Under the pieces are notes generated by a model, which saw nothing but the letters and a program-made list of their open reading frames with translations, searched no databases and was not told where the DNA came from. Shown here piece after piece: positions 28,330-38,006 of a stretch of 64,000 bases of DNA. Position numbers and translations under genes: made by a program. Positions within the stretch are counted from its first letter, which is position 1. Each line of letters begins with the position of its first letter. This DNA comes from a virus: positions 1-64,000 of IMG/VR virus record IMGVR_UViG_3300026488_000018. The stretch is one strand, 5' to 3'.

Positions 28330-29187
28330 ATGAAGTGTCCGTTATGTGGGGGAAGGGTATTCAAGTATGACGCGACACGGGATGAAGTTTATTGTGTTAA
28401 TTGTGGATATGTTTTATCAACATCAGAAAAAATGGAGTTTATAGCGGAAATGAGTCAGAAAACACGGCGAGCAGTTGAGCCCCCCGGAAGTGTATTTAAC
28501 GGTAGCGGGCGATATCGAAGATTAAGCAGGATTAATAACAAGAATGATTTGAGCACGTATCGGATTTTAGTTTTACAGAAAGTAAAAAACGTTGTTAGAA
28601 ATCTTAGGTTACCAGATGTTGTTTATGAGTGGGTGGCAAGAGAACTGAAGTCTCATGATTGGAATTGGTATTCCGGTTTAGTAGCCGCATTGCTGTGGAT
28701 AGGTGCATTTAAGCACGGGTATTATATTGAAGTGTATAAGATTGCAGAAGAATTTGAAGTGAGCGTTAAATCGGTTAGAAAATGGTATAGGTTTTTATTG
28801 AATAATGGTTATGATATGGTGATGGCAACAAGTTCTAAAATTTTGGAGAATAGGCTGAGAAACGGGGATGAAAGTTATTGTGTGAGATGTTGTGTGAGGA
28901 AGATGTATAGTATGTTGGGGGATATGGCCATATCAAAAGGCCTATCACCAGGATTATATATCGACAGTCTGTTTTTGTTATGCAAACTGTATTGTGATAC
29001 GGAAGGGAGATATACCAGGTTGTATATTGATAATAGGCATAATATTTCGAGTTATAGAACGAGTGTTAAGAGGGTTTTTGATAAATTGGGTTTGGATAGC
29101 ACCAGACTTAGTGTTAAAAATGTAAAAAGTGAAATGGAAAGGTTATTGGGGGGTGTATGTCGTGACAGCGGTGATGAATCCGGCTGA
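28330..29187 (+). CDS. TFB (TFIIB)-like transcription initiation factor
   Basis: N-terminal CPLCG...EVYCVNCGYV Zn-ribbon, cyclin-like repeat (L.LP, VAALLWI, IAEEFEVS..VRKWY). Confidence 0.75.
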   Translation: MKCPLCGGRVFKYDATRDEVYCVNCGYVLSTSEKMEFIAEMSQKTRRAVEPPGSVFNGSGRYRRLSRINNKNDLSTYRILVLQKVKNVVRNLRLPDVVYEWVARELKSHDWNWYSGLVAALLWIGAFKHGYYIEVYKIAEEFEVSVKSVRKWYRFLLNNGYDMVMATSSKILENRLRNGDESYCVRCCVRKMYSMLGDMAISKGLSPGLYIDSLFLLCKLYCDTEGRYTRLYIDNRHNISSYRTSVKRVFDKLGLDSTRLSVKNVKSEMERLLGGVCRDSGDESG

Positions 29188-29647
29188 ATGGGAAGAGAGG
29201 GTTATTGTTAAGAGAAGTGAAAATACCAAAAGAGCGCAGAATGGTGTTGATTTGACTGTTTATAAAATAATGAGGCACAAGAGCCCAGCGTATTTGTATG
29301 AGGATAAATCGAAGATAGTTCATTCGGAAAAGGAAGAGGTTAAGCCAGATGAAAGCGGAATGATTTATCTTGAGCCGGGTGTATATGAAATTTGGTTCGG
29401 TGAAGTTGTTGAAATTCCCCCGGGTGCAAGCGGTTTCATTCTTCAGAGGAGCACGCTGAGTAGGAATGGGGTATTTATTCGGAGTGCATGGTATGATAGC
29501 GGGTTTAGAGGAAGAGCTGAGGCACTCATGATTGTCGGAAATCCGGTTTATATTGAGCTGGGGATGAGGGTAGCGCAGTTGATTTTGTTTGAGAGTGATG
29601 AGGCTGAGCTTTACAACGGAACGTACAAGGACCAGGACGTGGATTGA
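29129..29647 (+). CDS. Trimeric dUTPase/dCTP deaminase family (true start probably ~29163-29174)
   Basis: NGVDL, RSTLSRNG, YDSGFRG, RVAQL, YNGTY motifs. Confidence 0.88.
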   Translation: MKWKGYWGVYVVTAVMNPAEWEERVIVKRSENTKRAQNGVDLTVYKIMRHKSPAYLYEDKSKIVHSEKEEVKPDESGMIYLEPGVYEIWFGEVVEIPPGASGFILQRSTLSRNGVFIRSAWYDSGFRGRAEALMIVGNPVYIELGMRVAQLILFESDEAELYNGTYKDQDVD

Positions 29648-29964
29648 TTTTTAAACTTTTCTTTGCAATTTTTTATGGAGGTGTTTCTGTGGAATATTAC
29701 GAGAATGAAATAATAGTTGGCTATTTTAACGTCGGCAAACCACTGATAATCACCCGAGTATTGAATACAGACGGTGAAGTTATAGACGGTTTTTTTAGGT
29801 TTTATTTAGATGGAGACGTTATTTTTGAGATGGATGTTGGCGATGTGGTTTTGATGAGTGATATTTTGAGGGATAACGCAAAAGACTTGTACACAGAGAT
29901 GATTAACGGTGCGGTGTCTCTTTCACAGGATAACGGTTTGAAGGATGATAATATGTATAGGTGA
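29644..29964 (+). CDS. Hypothetical protein (likely GTG ~29689)
   Basis: SD GGAGGTG after TATA at 29648. Confidence 0.55.
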   Translation: MIFKLFFAIFYGGVSVEYYENEIIVGYFNVGKPLIITRVLNTDGEVIDGFFRFYLDGDVIFEMDVGDVVLMSDILRDNAKDLYTEMINGAVSLSQDNGLKDDNMYR

Positions 29965-32150
29965 TAGTGATGAGCCGAAATAAAGAAAGTGCTAGCGCCG
30001 CTGATGCGAATGCAATTTTGGCGAAATATAAAATATCTGTTACCGAGTGTGATGATGTCCCCGCCGAAGAGAGGGTTTATTTAAGTGCTGTTGATTTGGA
30101 GAGATGGGTTAGAAGATATGGCGCAACCGGGTTATGCAGGGGTCCAAGAGGCGGTATTTTTGTTAGGCTTAGTGATTATAAAAAATTGGGTGGGGCGTTA
30201 CAATCTAGTGGGGAAATCGATGAAGATGTTGCACTGAAGAGGTTAGAGAAGAAAAAAGTTAAAGTGGAATTTATCGAAAGTGGTAAATATGATGCAGAAG
30301 TTTATGATATTTTGGGTCAGAATTATATTGTAGCAAAGAATTTTGACATATTTAGTAATGTAATGCAGAAGAAATATTCTGGAAATGGGAAGGAAATAGC
30401 TGCAGCAATGCTGAGAGATATGATTAATAGGTTGTACGGAATGTCTGAAGGCGATATGTTTTTAAGTCAGGATTACAGTAACGTTGATATTAGAAATATA
30501 CACCTGATTGAGAATGGAGTAAAGAGTTTTTACGGGCTGATGATTTTGTCGATGCCGGACGAACTGTTTAATATAATGTGTAAATATGCAAAGACATTAA
30601 AAGATAATGGCAGTGTATCTGCTTCAGTCTTTACTAGAGATGAACAAGAGTATTTGTACAGCATATTTAATGTGAAAAATTGGCAACTAATAGATTTTTC
30701 ATTGAAGAAGTTTTTGTTTACAGGTTATAGTGCGTTTAGTAGATGTGATGATGTGAGTAATATTAGGAGTAATTTGGGTGATGATGTCTGGGATGTTTTG
30801 AGTGGATTGAAAAGTGTTATGGATATAATAAAGGATGATTCCTTTAGTTTGTACAATTTTGGGTTTTTCTTATCGAAGTTTGTAATGGTTAGAAAAAGTA
30901 AAGGGAAAACAACAACAATTTTGAAGACTGATAACATAGGGAATGTTTGGGAAGATTTTTTCAAGTTTAAAAAGAAAGGATTTCTATTGGTTCGTGTTGG
31001 AGATGATTTGAAGAATGCTGTTGATGGTGATAAAACGTTTGTAGAGACTATAGTTAAACCAAGTTTTGTGATATACGGAATTTTGAGAGGCGCAGGCGTT
31101 AGTAGTAAATCAGCATGGGCAGTTTCGAAAGGCGTTAGTGTTATGGCACAGCGAACATACGGCAATTTTAACGGGATTGCACCATATTTGGATTGGTATT
31201 TGCAGAAGTTTGTGACAGGGAACGGACGACCAGTGAGAGTTCCAAATAAGTTTTCTCCAGGGATTGGGAAACTTATAAAGGCGTTGGATAATTTTGTAAC
31301 CCCGATGGATTTGGGTATTTATTTGAACTTTGTGAGAAATTATGTAAAAGAGAGGCACGGTGAACAGGTTGAAGTATATAGGAATTTAAATTTGTTTGAG
31401 GGAAGTATATTTTTAGCAAACAATATCGCCAAAGTAGCCGACAGAGTATTGTTTAAGGATGAAAAGAGAGGGGAGAAGTATTTGAATGCATTGATGAAAG
31501 ACGGTAATGTTATCAAAGGTTATACGTTGTCGACGAGTGTTAATAGAAATGATGTTGAAAAGTTTTTGCAGAGGGGATGGACGAGCGGCGTGTTGGCGAA
31601 GGCAACTATAAAGAGTGACAGCGTTGTTGGCGGGTATTTTGTTGCGGGTGGAGGTTATGTGGATGATTCAGAATTGACAGTTGAAGTTTCACATGATGGA
31701 ATTAAGTTTGAGACAGTTACGATTATACCAAAGAGACCATTGGAAAGGGGCGTATTAAGTCTGGCAGGAAAGGCGGAGAAACCTGAATTGGGCGATTATG
31801 TTAGAGATTTTATGAACTCACTAATATTAGGGATATCACAGGTATCATATGGAAATGCAGATTATGATGAGTATATTGACGCTATATTAGGGGGACTATA
31901 TGTTTATCATAAGGTGGGTGAAAAGCTGTATGGGAATGAATTTATTGAGAAAATAAAGAATGAACATCTGTGGAATAGGGTATTTGAGGCAACTATTATC
32001 GGGATTGGTGGTAACAGAACGATAATTCCAAGCGGGAGCAAAGGTAAATACAGACCATTAAGTGTTTTAAAGTGGAAAGATAAGTTGGTGAGATTTTATA
32101 AGGATATAGGTTTGAACGATGTCGCAGATATAATAGAGAAGGTGGTCTGA
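29961..32150 (+). CDS. GPxGG-tagged large protein with ADP-ribosyltransferase-like domain
   Basis: VPAEERVY...CRGPRGGIFV; R-S-E type motifs VYRNL, TLSTSVN, DDSELTV. Confidence 0.6.
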   Translation: MIVMSRNKESASAADANAILAKYKISVTECDDVPAEERVYLSAVDLERWVRRYGATGLCRGPRGGIFVRLSDYKKLGGALQSSGEIDEDVALKRLEKKKVKVEFIESGKYDAEVYDILGQNYIVAKNFDIFSNVMQKKYSGNGKEIAAAMLRDMINRLYGMSEGDMFLSQDYSNVDIRNIHLIENGVKSFYGLMILSMPDELFNIMCKYAKTLKDNGSVSASVFTRDEQEYLYSIFNVKNWQLIDFSLKKFLFTGYSAFSRCDDVSNIRSNLGDDVWDVLSGLKSVMDIIKDDSFSLYNFGFFLSKFVMVRKSKGKTTTILKTDNIGNVWEDFFKFKKKGFLLVRVGDDLKNAVDGDKTFVETIVKPSFVIYGILRGAGVSSKSAWAVSKGVSVMAQRTYGNFNGIAPYLDWYLQKFVTGNGRPVRVPNKFSPGIGKLIKALDNFVTPMDLGIYLNFVRNYVKERHGEQVEVYRNLNLFEGSIFLANNIAKVADRVLFKDEKRGEKYLNALMKDGNVIKGYTLSTSVNRNDVEKFLQRGWTSGVLAKATIKSDSVVGGYFVAGGGYVDDSELTVEVSHDGIKFETVTIIPKRPLERGVLSLAGKAEKPELGDYVRDFMNSLILGISQVSYGNADYDEYIDAILGGLYVYHKVGEKLYGNEFIEKIKNEHLWNRVFEATIIGIGGNRTIIPSGSKGKYRPLSVLKWKDKLVRFYKDIGLNDVADIIEKVV

Positions 32151-32151
32151 A

Positions 32152-32409
32152 ATGTATAGCGACACGTATTTATACCCAATAGGTGATGATGATTGGGTTT
32201 TTAGTAAAATTACGAACGCGTTGGATATTAGTATTGTTGATAGAGAGGAGTTTAGAGTGTTTGAAGTTGATGAGTTAATTTTAACGGAGTTGATATATTT
32301 GAATCCGTTAATACCAGTGTTTACAGATGGGCGCGGGTATTATGTCGTTGCTAAAAAGGGCAGTGAAGAAGAAAAAATGTTGGAGGTGTTGATTAATGGG
32401 GTTGTTTGA
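32152..32409 (+). CDS. Small hypothetical protein
   Basis: Between the ART-like gene and portal. Confidence 0.6.
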   Translation: MYSDTYLYPIGDDDWVFSKITNALDISIVDREEFRVFEVDELILTELIYLNPLIPVFTDGRGYYVVAKKGSEEEKMLEVLINGVV

Positions 32410-34471
32410 TTTCTTTTTGAATAGGCGTGAGATTAAGAAAAACGGTGATGAACCGGAGGTGGAAATAGAATTTGCGAAGGATGGAACATTTAATGCATTA
32501 ATGTATGCAGGAACAGATAATTTGTTTGATATAAAGGGTCCACTCGATTTTAGGGGGATAAATAAGAGTGCTGTTCAGGCGGGCGTAAGCGGGTTAGCGT
32601 TAGTCCCAATTTTACCGTTTAGTTACGAGTATGTAGAAAGCCTTTATTACAATAGCGATATACTGAGAACGGTTATAACGGTATTGTTGAATGAGACGTT
32701 CGGGAATGGGTTGAGTGTTAAACCGAAGTTTACGAAGAAGTGTTTGGTATGCGGTGCAACGTATGATGAGGATGTCGATGTGTGTGAGGCTTGTGGGTCA
32801 CATAGATTGGTGGGCCCCAATGAGAATGAACGGAAAATTTTAGAGAAGTTCATAGAAAAGGCGAATATTAATAATCAACCCTTGATTGATGTGCTGAGGG
32901 ATTTAGACCACAATTTGAATGTATTTGATAACGCGTATTTGATTGTTAGAAAGAAATACGAGTATAATGACAATGGTGATTTGATAGCAGAAAAACCACT
33001 TGAGATATACAGCGGTGACCCGAAGCGTATTTATTTGGTTATGAGTAGTGATGGTCGTCCGGGTCTTACGCGCGATGGTAAGAATATGGTTTTTGTCTGT
33101 CCTGAGCACAGAGATGAGCCAGTATTGGTTCCAGTAGAGAAGTTATTGGAAGACCCTGATTATATTCCAAGGTGTCCGAAGTGCGGGCGGAAGATGCATA
33201 AGGCTGTAGCAGTTTATGATGTAGGAGGAAGCAAGTATTTTTTTATTGATGGTGAAATTCTTCATTTGAAGAAGTTTACGCCCGGTATTGGATACGGGTA
33301 CCCGCCGATAATTACACTGTTGAAGAAATTGCTTATATTGATTAAGCAGGATTCGTTTATTTTAATGGCTTATCATATGCAGAGACCGCCGCGCGGGCTC
33401 CTTGTGTTGAGAGCAGATAGGAATGCTGTTGCTAAGGCATTTATGACTGCGCGCAGTGAGGCTTATAAGAACCCATGGAATATTGTGCCGTTGGTTATTT
33501 CAGGCCCGGAGAAGGTTGTTGGGAAACGTGTAGTTGAGTGGCTTGATTTGAGTTATAAACCAGATGAAGTGACATTTACCGCGTATCGCAATGAGGTAAG
33601 ACGCGTTGTTGCAAGTATGTGGCAAATTAGCCCAATTTTCCAGGGTGAGGTTAATACTGGTATTTCTAATGAGGGGTTACAAGTTACGATAACAAATAGA
33701 GCGATTATGCGTGAACAGGCTTTGATAAATAATGTGTTGAAGTGGCTGGTTAAGCAGTTGAAGGTTAATGATTGGGTTATAGAGTTAAATCCCAATGAGC
33801 CAATGGATATTTCACGCAAGCTCGACAGAATACGCCGCCGTATTGATATAGTAAAGGAGCTGGAAGAGCTCGGGTATGAAGTTGAGTTAATCCCAACGGG
33901 TGTTGACGGTATTGACTTTAAGTTCGATGGGAAGATTGAACCAAGTAAGAGGTTGAAGAGAGCGATTGAATTGTATGCAAAGAGGAAGGGGTATAGGATT
34001 AATGTTGATGATTTTATTGAAGTAATTGATGTTCTGCCGAAGGTAGGTTTAACGTTTGAGTCGTTTAAGAGGTTAATGTTGCTTGCTGAGTTGGTTGGCG
34101 GGGTTGAGAACATTATTAGAAATGTTGAGCAGGTGTTGAATATTCCACCGCTTGAGCAGATTTTGTATAGGATAAAGTATCCAGACGCTGCGAGTAATTA
34201 CGAGCAGGGTGGTGTACAGATGCTGCAAGATAACCAACAAGAAGTATTATCCCAGGAGCAGGGTATTGAAGAGAACAATGAAGGGGGTTCGTTAACGTTT
34301 GAGGATTGGCTAAATGAATTATTAAATGAAAGTGACGAAGTAGAAGGACAGCCAGCAGAGAGCGGTGTTAAAATGTTTAATTCAGAGGAGGGTGAGAAGT
34401 TTGAGGGGCAACCTGAGATGAATAGAAAGGAGATGCCCGGTATGGAGCATCTATACGAGAGAAGAGAGTGA
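32396..34471 (+). CDS. Portal protein with Zn-ribbon insertions
   Basis: LNVFDNAYL, EILH, GYGYPPI, PPRGLL motifs; CLVC..CEAC and CPEH..CPKC inserts; upstream of protease. Confidence 0.85.
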   Translation: MGLFDFFLNRREIKKNGDEPEVEIEFAKDGTFNALMYAGTDNLFDIKGPLDFRGINKSAVQAGVSGLALVPILPFSYEYVESLYYNSDILRTVITVLLNETFGNGLSVKPKFTKKCLVCGATYDEDVDVCEACGSHRLVGPNENERKILEKFIEKANINNQPLIDVLRDLDHNLNVFDNAYLIVRKKYEYNDNGDLIAEKPLEIYSGDPKRIYLVMSSDGRPGLTRDGKNMVFVCPEHRDEPVLVPVEKLLEDPDYIPRCPKCGRKMHKAVAVYDVGGSKYFFIDGEILHLKKFTPGIGYGYPPIITLLKKLLILIKQDSFILMAYHMQRPPRGLLVLRADRNAVAKAFMTARSEAYKNPWNIVPLVISGPEKVVGKRVVEWLDLSYKPDEVTFTAYRNEVRRVVASMWQISPIFQGEVNTGISNEGLQVTITNRAIMREQALINNVLKWLVKQLKVNDWVIELNPNEPMDISRKLDRIRRRIDIVKELEELGYEVELIPTGVDGIDFKFDGKIEPSKRLKRAIELYAKRKGYRINVDDFIEVIDVLPKVGLTFESFKRLMLLAELVGGVENIIRNVEQVLNIPPLEQILYRIKYPDAASNYEQGGVQMLQDNQQEVLSQEQGIEENNEGGSLTFEDWLNELLNESDEVEGQPAESGVKMFNSEEGEKFEGQPEMNRKEMPGMEHLYERRE

Positions 34472-34514
34472 GGTTTTTATATTTTCTTTTTGAAATAATG
34501 TTGGTGGTGATATA

Positions 34515-37151
34515 ATGGAAGAACTGAAAAAAATTGATATTCTGGGGAGTAGTAACGATAGATTGATTGCGGGTTGGGCGAGCGTTGAGGTTGTAGATAG
34601 GCAGGGACAGATTGTTCCAATTGATGAACTAAATAAGGCGCTTTTGAGGTATAGTATTAGAGGCGCACCGCTTAATTATGGGCATAAAAACCACCAGGTT
34701 GGGCGTGTTATTAATTGGTATATAATGAAACACCCGAAGACGGGTAAGTGGGGTGTTTACATTATAGGCTACATATTTAGCGGTGAGAAGATATATGATG
34801 TTGTTTGGGAGGCGATTAAAGACGGAACTCTAACAGGTTTCAGCATTGCCGGTATTGCAAATAGGAAGGAGTATGATATTGTTGATGGGAGGAGTGTTGA
34901 GGTGTTGAGAGATATCACAATTACAGAGATAAGTGTGGTTGAGAAGCCAGCGAACCCCGAAGCTCTTATTGAGGAGATTAATAAGTTTGCTAAGAGCGGA
35001 GATGATTCGGTTATCCGTATAATGGGTGCAAGTTTTACTAAGGGTATTATTGATGATGCGGTTAATGTTGCCAAGGAGAACGGTGTTAACGAAGAAATTG
35101 TCGCTGATATAGTCGAAGAGGCACTGAGAAAGTTCATCTGCGGTATTGCCAAGCAGTATGACAGCAAGGTGATGGCAGTATTTGATAATGAGAAGGATGC
35201 GTTTGCGTATGCCATTGAGAAGGGAGGATTTGTGATTCCGAGTTATGATGGAAAGTTTTTAGTTGTAAGAGATAAAGCACATTTTGATGTTAAGGAAGAC
35301 GAGAAGATGTATATAGAAGAGTTGGATATGGGCGTAGAGAAGGTTAAAGTTGATGTTGATATGAAAGATGAAGAATTTGAGAAGAGTGAGGGCCCGGTTA
35401 CAGTTAGTTCAGAGGGAATGATGAACCCTACTTATGGAAGCAAGTGGTTAAAGAATAAGGACGAGAAGTCGAATGTGATAGGCGAAGTGATTATGAATCT
35501 TATCAGGATTAAGAAAGAGTTTAAGGATAATGAGTCGGTGTATTATTTGATTGATGATATGATTTTTAAGCTGCACGATTTGGTTGGTGGTGATGAGATG
35601 GTTAAAAGTATTGAAAGTGATGATGATTTGAGGAGAATTTTGGTAGGTCTCCTCGATGAGGCTAAAAAATTGAGGGGATTTGTGTATAAACATACAGAAA
35701 GTCTGGCATATAAAGGTATGGCTGATGATATTGTTAAGACGTTTGAACATCTGATTGAGGAACTTGATAGCGGGCAGATTGAGGTTGCTAAGGGTGAACT
35801 TACAAAGGATGAACTGTTGAGAATATTAAGAGGAATTCTTGATGAAGCAAAGAAGATTGCTGGTTTTATTAGAGACCACACTGAGAGCGGGGCATACAGG
35901 GGAATGGCTGAAGACGTTGTAAATGGTTTAAGGGCGCTCATTGGCGACGTTGAACGCAGTATTATTCAGGTTAGGAAGGATAGTGGTGTAGCTGATGATG
36001 ATATGAAGATTAAGGAAGAAGCAGAGAAGCTTAAGACAAAAATCGAGGAGATAAACGAGGTGTTTAGTAAGCAGGATGAGGGCAGGAATAGGATGATGAT
36101 GATGTACGGAAGTATTATGCAGAGCATTGTCGATGAATTGGAAGCTATAATCTTTTATGCTGACGTCGCGGCAATGTTTGATATGTTTGGGTATGACGAA
36201 ATTGCGGCGAATGTGAGGAGTGTTATTAGTGAGGAGCTAGAGCATGTTAGGGAGTTTACGGCGATGCTCGAGAAACTTGCTATTGGCGATAAACCAATTA
36301 AGGAAATTGAAACAAATGAGGAAGTTGCAGTTCCCACCCCCGACCAGGGTATTGTTGAAGTGAGCAAGAAGGAAAGAGGTGAGCACAAGAAGTGTATGGA
36401 GCGGTATTATAATTTTGAAGAAGGCCATTTCAAGGGTAGAGAGGGAACGGGTGAAAGGTTCGATAATTGTGTAAAAGCCCAGATGCATTGTAATGGGAAG
36501 AGTAGAGAAGAGGCTGAAAAGATATGTGGTATGATTGCTCGCAGGAAAGGTTATGCTGGCGGAAAGAAGGTTAAGAAGGGTAAGATTGATGAAATAAAAG
36601 CGAGACTTGAAGAAGTTAGAAAGGCGGCGAAGAAGAACTGTCGGAAGCGGTATTATGATGAAGATAGAGGACATTTCCGCGAGATGACTTGTCCAGATGA
36701 CCCAAATGAGAAAAGTAGGTTCTGTGGTTGTGTCAGGTATCAGATGAACTGCAATGGTAAGTCTTTGGAGGAAGCTAAGGAGATATGCGGATATATAAGG
36801 TTCCATGTTAAGAAGAGTGTTGAAACTGAACTTAATATGCTTCTTGTGAAGCTGAGGGTTGCAAAGGCAAGGAAGACTGGGCACCGTAAGGGTAAGACTG
36901 AAGCACAGCGTCGAAGGGAGAGAAAACAGCAAGGTCCTGGTCGTCCTAAAGACCCTTGTCGACAGCGTTTTGTTGATAAGAATGGTTTTTACAGAAAGAT
37001 GACTGACCCAAAGAACCCAAGTAAACCCGCGAGCGAGTTTTGGGGGTGTGTGAGATATGCAATGGAATGCAAGAAAATGTCATACGAAGAAGCGAAGAGT
37101 TGGTGTGGTAAGGCGAAGTACGATGCTGTTGAGGGCGGCGGTGAGGCGTGA
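34515..37151 (+). CDS. HK97-type prohead protease with long multi-domain C-terminal extension
   Basis: IAGWASVEVVDRQG, YGH, GFSIAG, EISVVEKPANPEA; followed by helical repeats, ferritin-like domain and Cys repeats. Confidence 0.88.
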   Translation: MEELKKIDILGSSNDRLIAGWASVEVVDRQGQIVPIDELNKALLRYSIRGAPLNYGHKNHQVGRVINWYIMKHPKTGKWGVYIIGYIFSGEKIYDVVWEAIKDGTLTGFSIAGIANRKEYDIVDGRSVEVLRDITITEISVVEKPANPEALIEEINKFAKSGDDSVIRIMGASFTKGIIDDAVNVAKENGVNEEIVADIVEEALRKFICGIAKQYDSKVMAVFDNEKDAFAYAIEKGGFVIPSYDGKFLVVRDKAHFDVKEDEKMYIEELDMGVEKVKVDVDMKDEEFEKSEGPVTVSSEGMMNPTYGSKWLKNKDEKSNVIGEVIMNLIRIKKEFKDNESVYYLIDDMIFKLHDLVGGDEMVKSIESDDDLRRILVGLLDEAKKLRGFVYKHTESLAYKGMADDIVKTFEHLIEELDSGQIEVAKGELTKDELLRILRGILDEAKKIAGFIRDHTESGAYRGMAEDVVNGLRALIGDVERSIIQVRKDSGVADDDMKIKEEAEKLKTKIEEINEVFSKQDEGRNRMMMMYGSIMQSIVDELEAIIFYADVAAMFDMFGYDEIAANVRSVISEELEHVREFTAMLEKLAIGDKPIKEIETNEEVAVPTPDQGIVEVSKKERGEHKKCMERYYNFEEGHFKGREGTGERFDNCVKAQMHCNGKSREEAEKICGMIARRKGYAGGKKVKKGKIDEIKARLEEVRKAAKKNCRKRYYDEDRGHFREMTCPDDPNEKSRFCGCVRYQMNCNGKSLEEAKEICGYIRFHVKKSVETELNMLLVKLRVAKARKTGHRKGKTEAQRRRERKQQGPGRPKDPCRQRFVDKNGFYRKMTDPKNPSKPASEFWGCVRYAMECKKMSYEEAKSWCGKAKYDAVEGGGEA
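35612..35980 (+). repeat. Two tandem ~60-aa helical repeats in the protease extension
   Basis: DDLRRILVGLLDEAKKLRGFVYKHTESLAYKGMADD vs DELLRILRGILDEAKKIAGFIRDHTESGAYRGMAED. Confidence 0.85.
36387..37125 (+). repeat. Three Cys-rich ~55-aa repeats in the protease extension
   Basis: C..R(Y/F)...G.(F/Y)...F..CV...M.C...S.EEA...CG repeated three times. Confidence 0.85.
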
Positions 37152-37189
37152 TTTAAATATTTGTTTCCAATTTTTATTGGTGATGAATT

Positions 37190-37480
37190 ATGAATGAAGG
37201 TATTAAGTCACTGGAAAAACGAGGTGCTAAGAGGTTTGTATTGTGGTTGGTATATTTGATTTTCGCCTTTATGTGGAATGTAAATAACGTTGATAATTTC
37301 TATAGCGGTGCGGGGTTGAGTTTGATTGCATTATCAGTGTTTACTGTAATCGATGAGAAAATAAAAGAGGGATATTTCTTTGACCCGAAGGATTTGAAGG
37401 GTAAAGGGTGGACACACGAGAAACTGGTATTCTGGTCCGCAGTTTTCGGCGCGGTATTGCTTATGATTGGTGGGGTGTGA
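37190..37480 (+). CDS. Membrane protein
   Basis: Three hydrophobic segments. Confidence 0.65.
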   Translation: MNEGIKSLEKRGAKRFVLWLVYLIFAFMWNVNNVDNFYSGAGLSLIALSVFTVIDEKIKEGYFFDPKDLKGKGWTHEKLVFWSAVFGAVLLMIGGV

Positions 37481-38006
37481 TGTTATGGGGATTGGAAATC
37501 CTACTCTTCGTGAATATTTGAGTGTATTGGAGCGGTATGGGAGTTATATGGGCAGAAAAATTGATGAGGGTAAGTTGTTTAAAGTGTATAGACGTGTGCA
37601 AGTTAATCCAAACGGAAGTTATAATCTTTACATCGATAATTCGACAAGCGATAGCGATGTTATAATTTCAATTCTTATTATTGAGGCTGATGGTAAAGCA
37701 AGTATAAACGTGTATAAGGACGTTAATATTAATAGTTATGGAAGCGAGGTTACACCGGAACCATTTGTTATAGGAGATGAATTGACGATTGCGACGAAGT
37801 TCTATGAAAATGTGGATTATAGTGGTGGGGTTCTTATTGATGGTGGACAGATTCAGTCTACACGGGGCAGACGCGGTATTGGCGGAGACCAGGAGTTTAA
37901 TGTGTTTTTTAAGATAAGAGCCGGGAAGTCTTTATTGATTGAAGTTGAGAATTTGGATTCTGTTAGTATTAGAGTTGATGTTAAATTAATTGCTCATGAG
38001 GGGTGA
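37467..38006 (+). CDS. Hypothetical beta-rich (likely structural) protein
   Basis: Context and composition. Confidence 0.6.
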   Translation: MVGCDVMGIGNPTLREYLSVLERYGSYMGRKIDEGKLFKVYRRVQVNPNGSYNLYIDNSTSDSDVIISILIIEADGKASINVYKDVNINSYGSEVTPEPFVIGDELTIATKFYENVDYSGGVLIDGGQIQSTRGRRGIGGDQEFNVFFKIRAGKSLLIEVENLDSVSIRVDVKLIAHEG

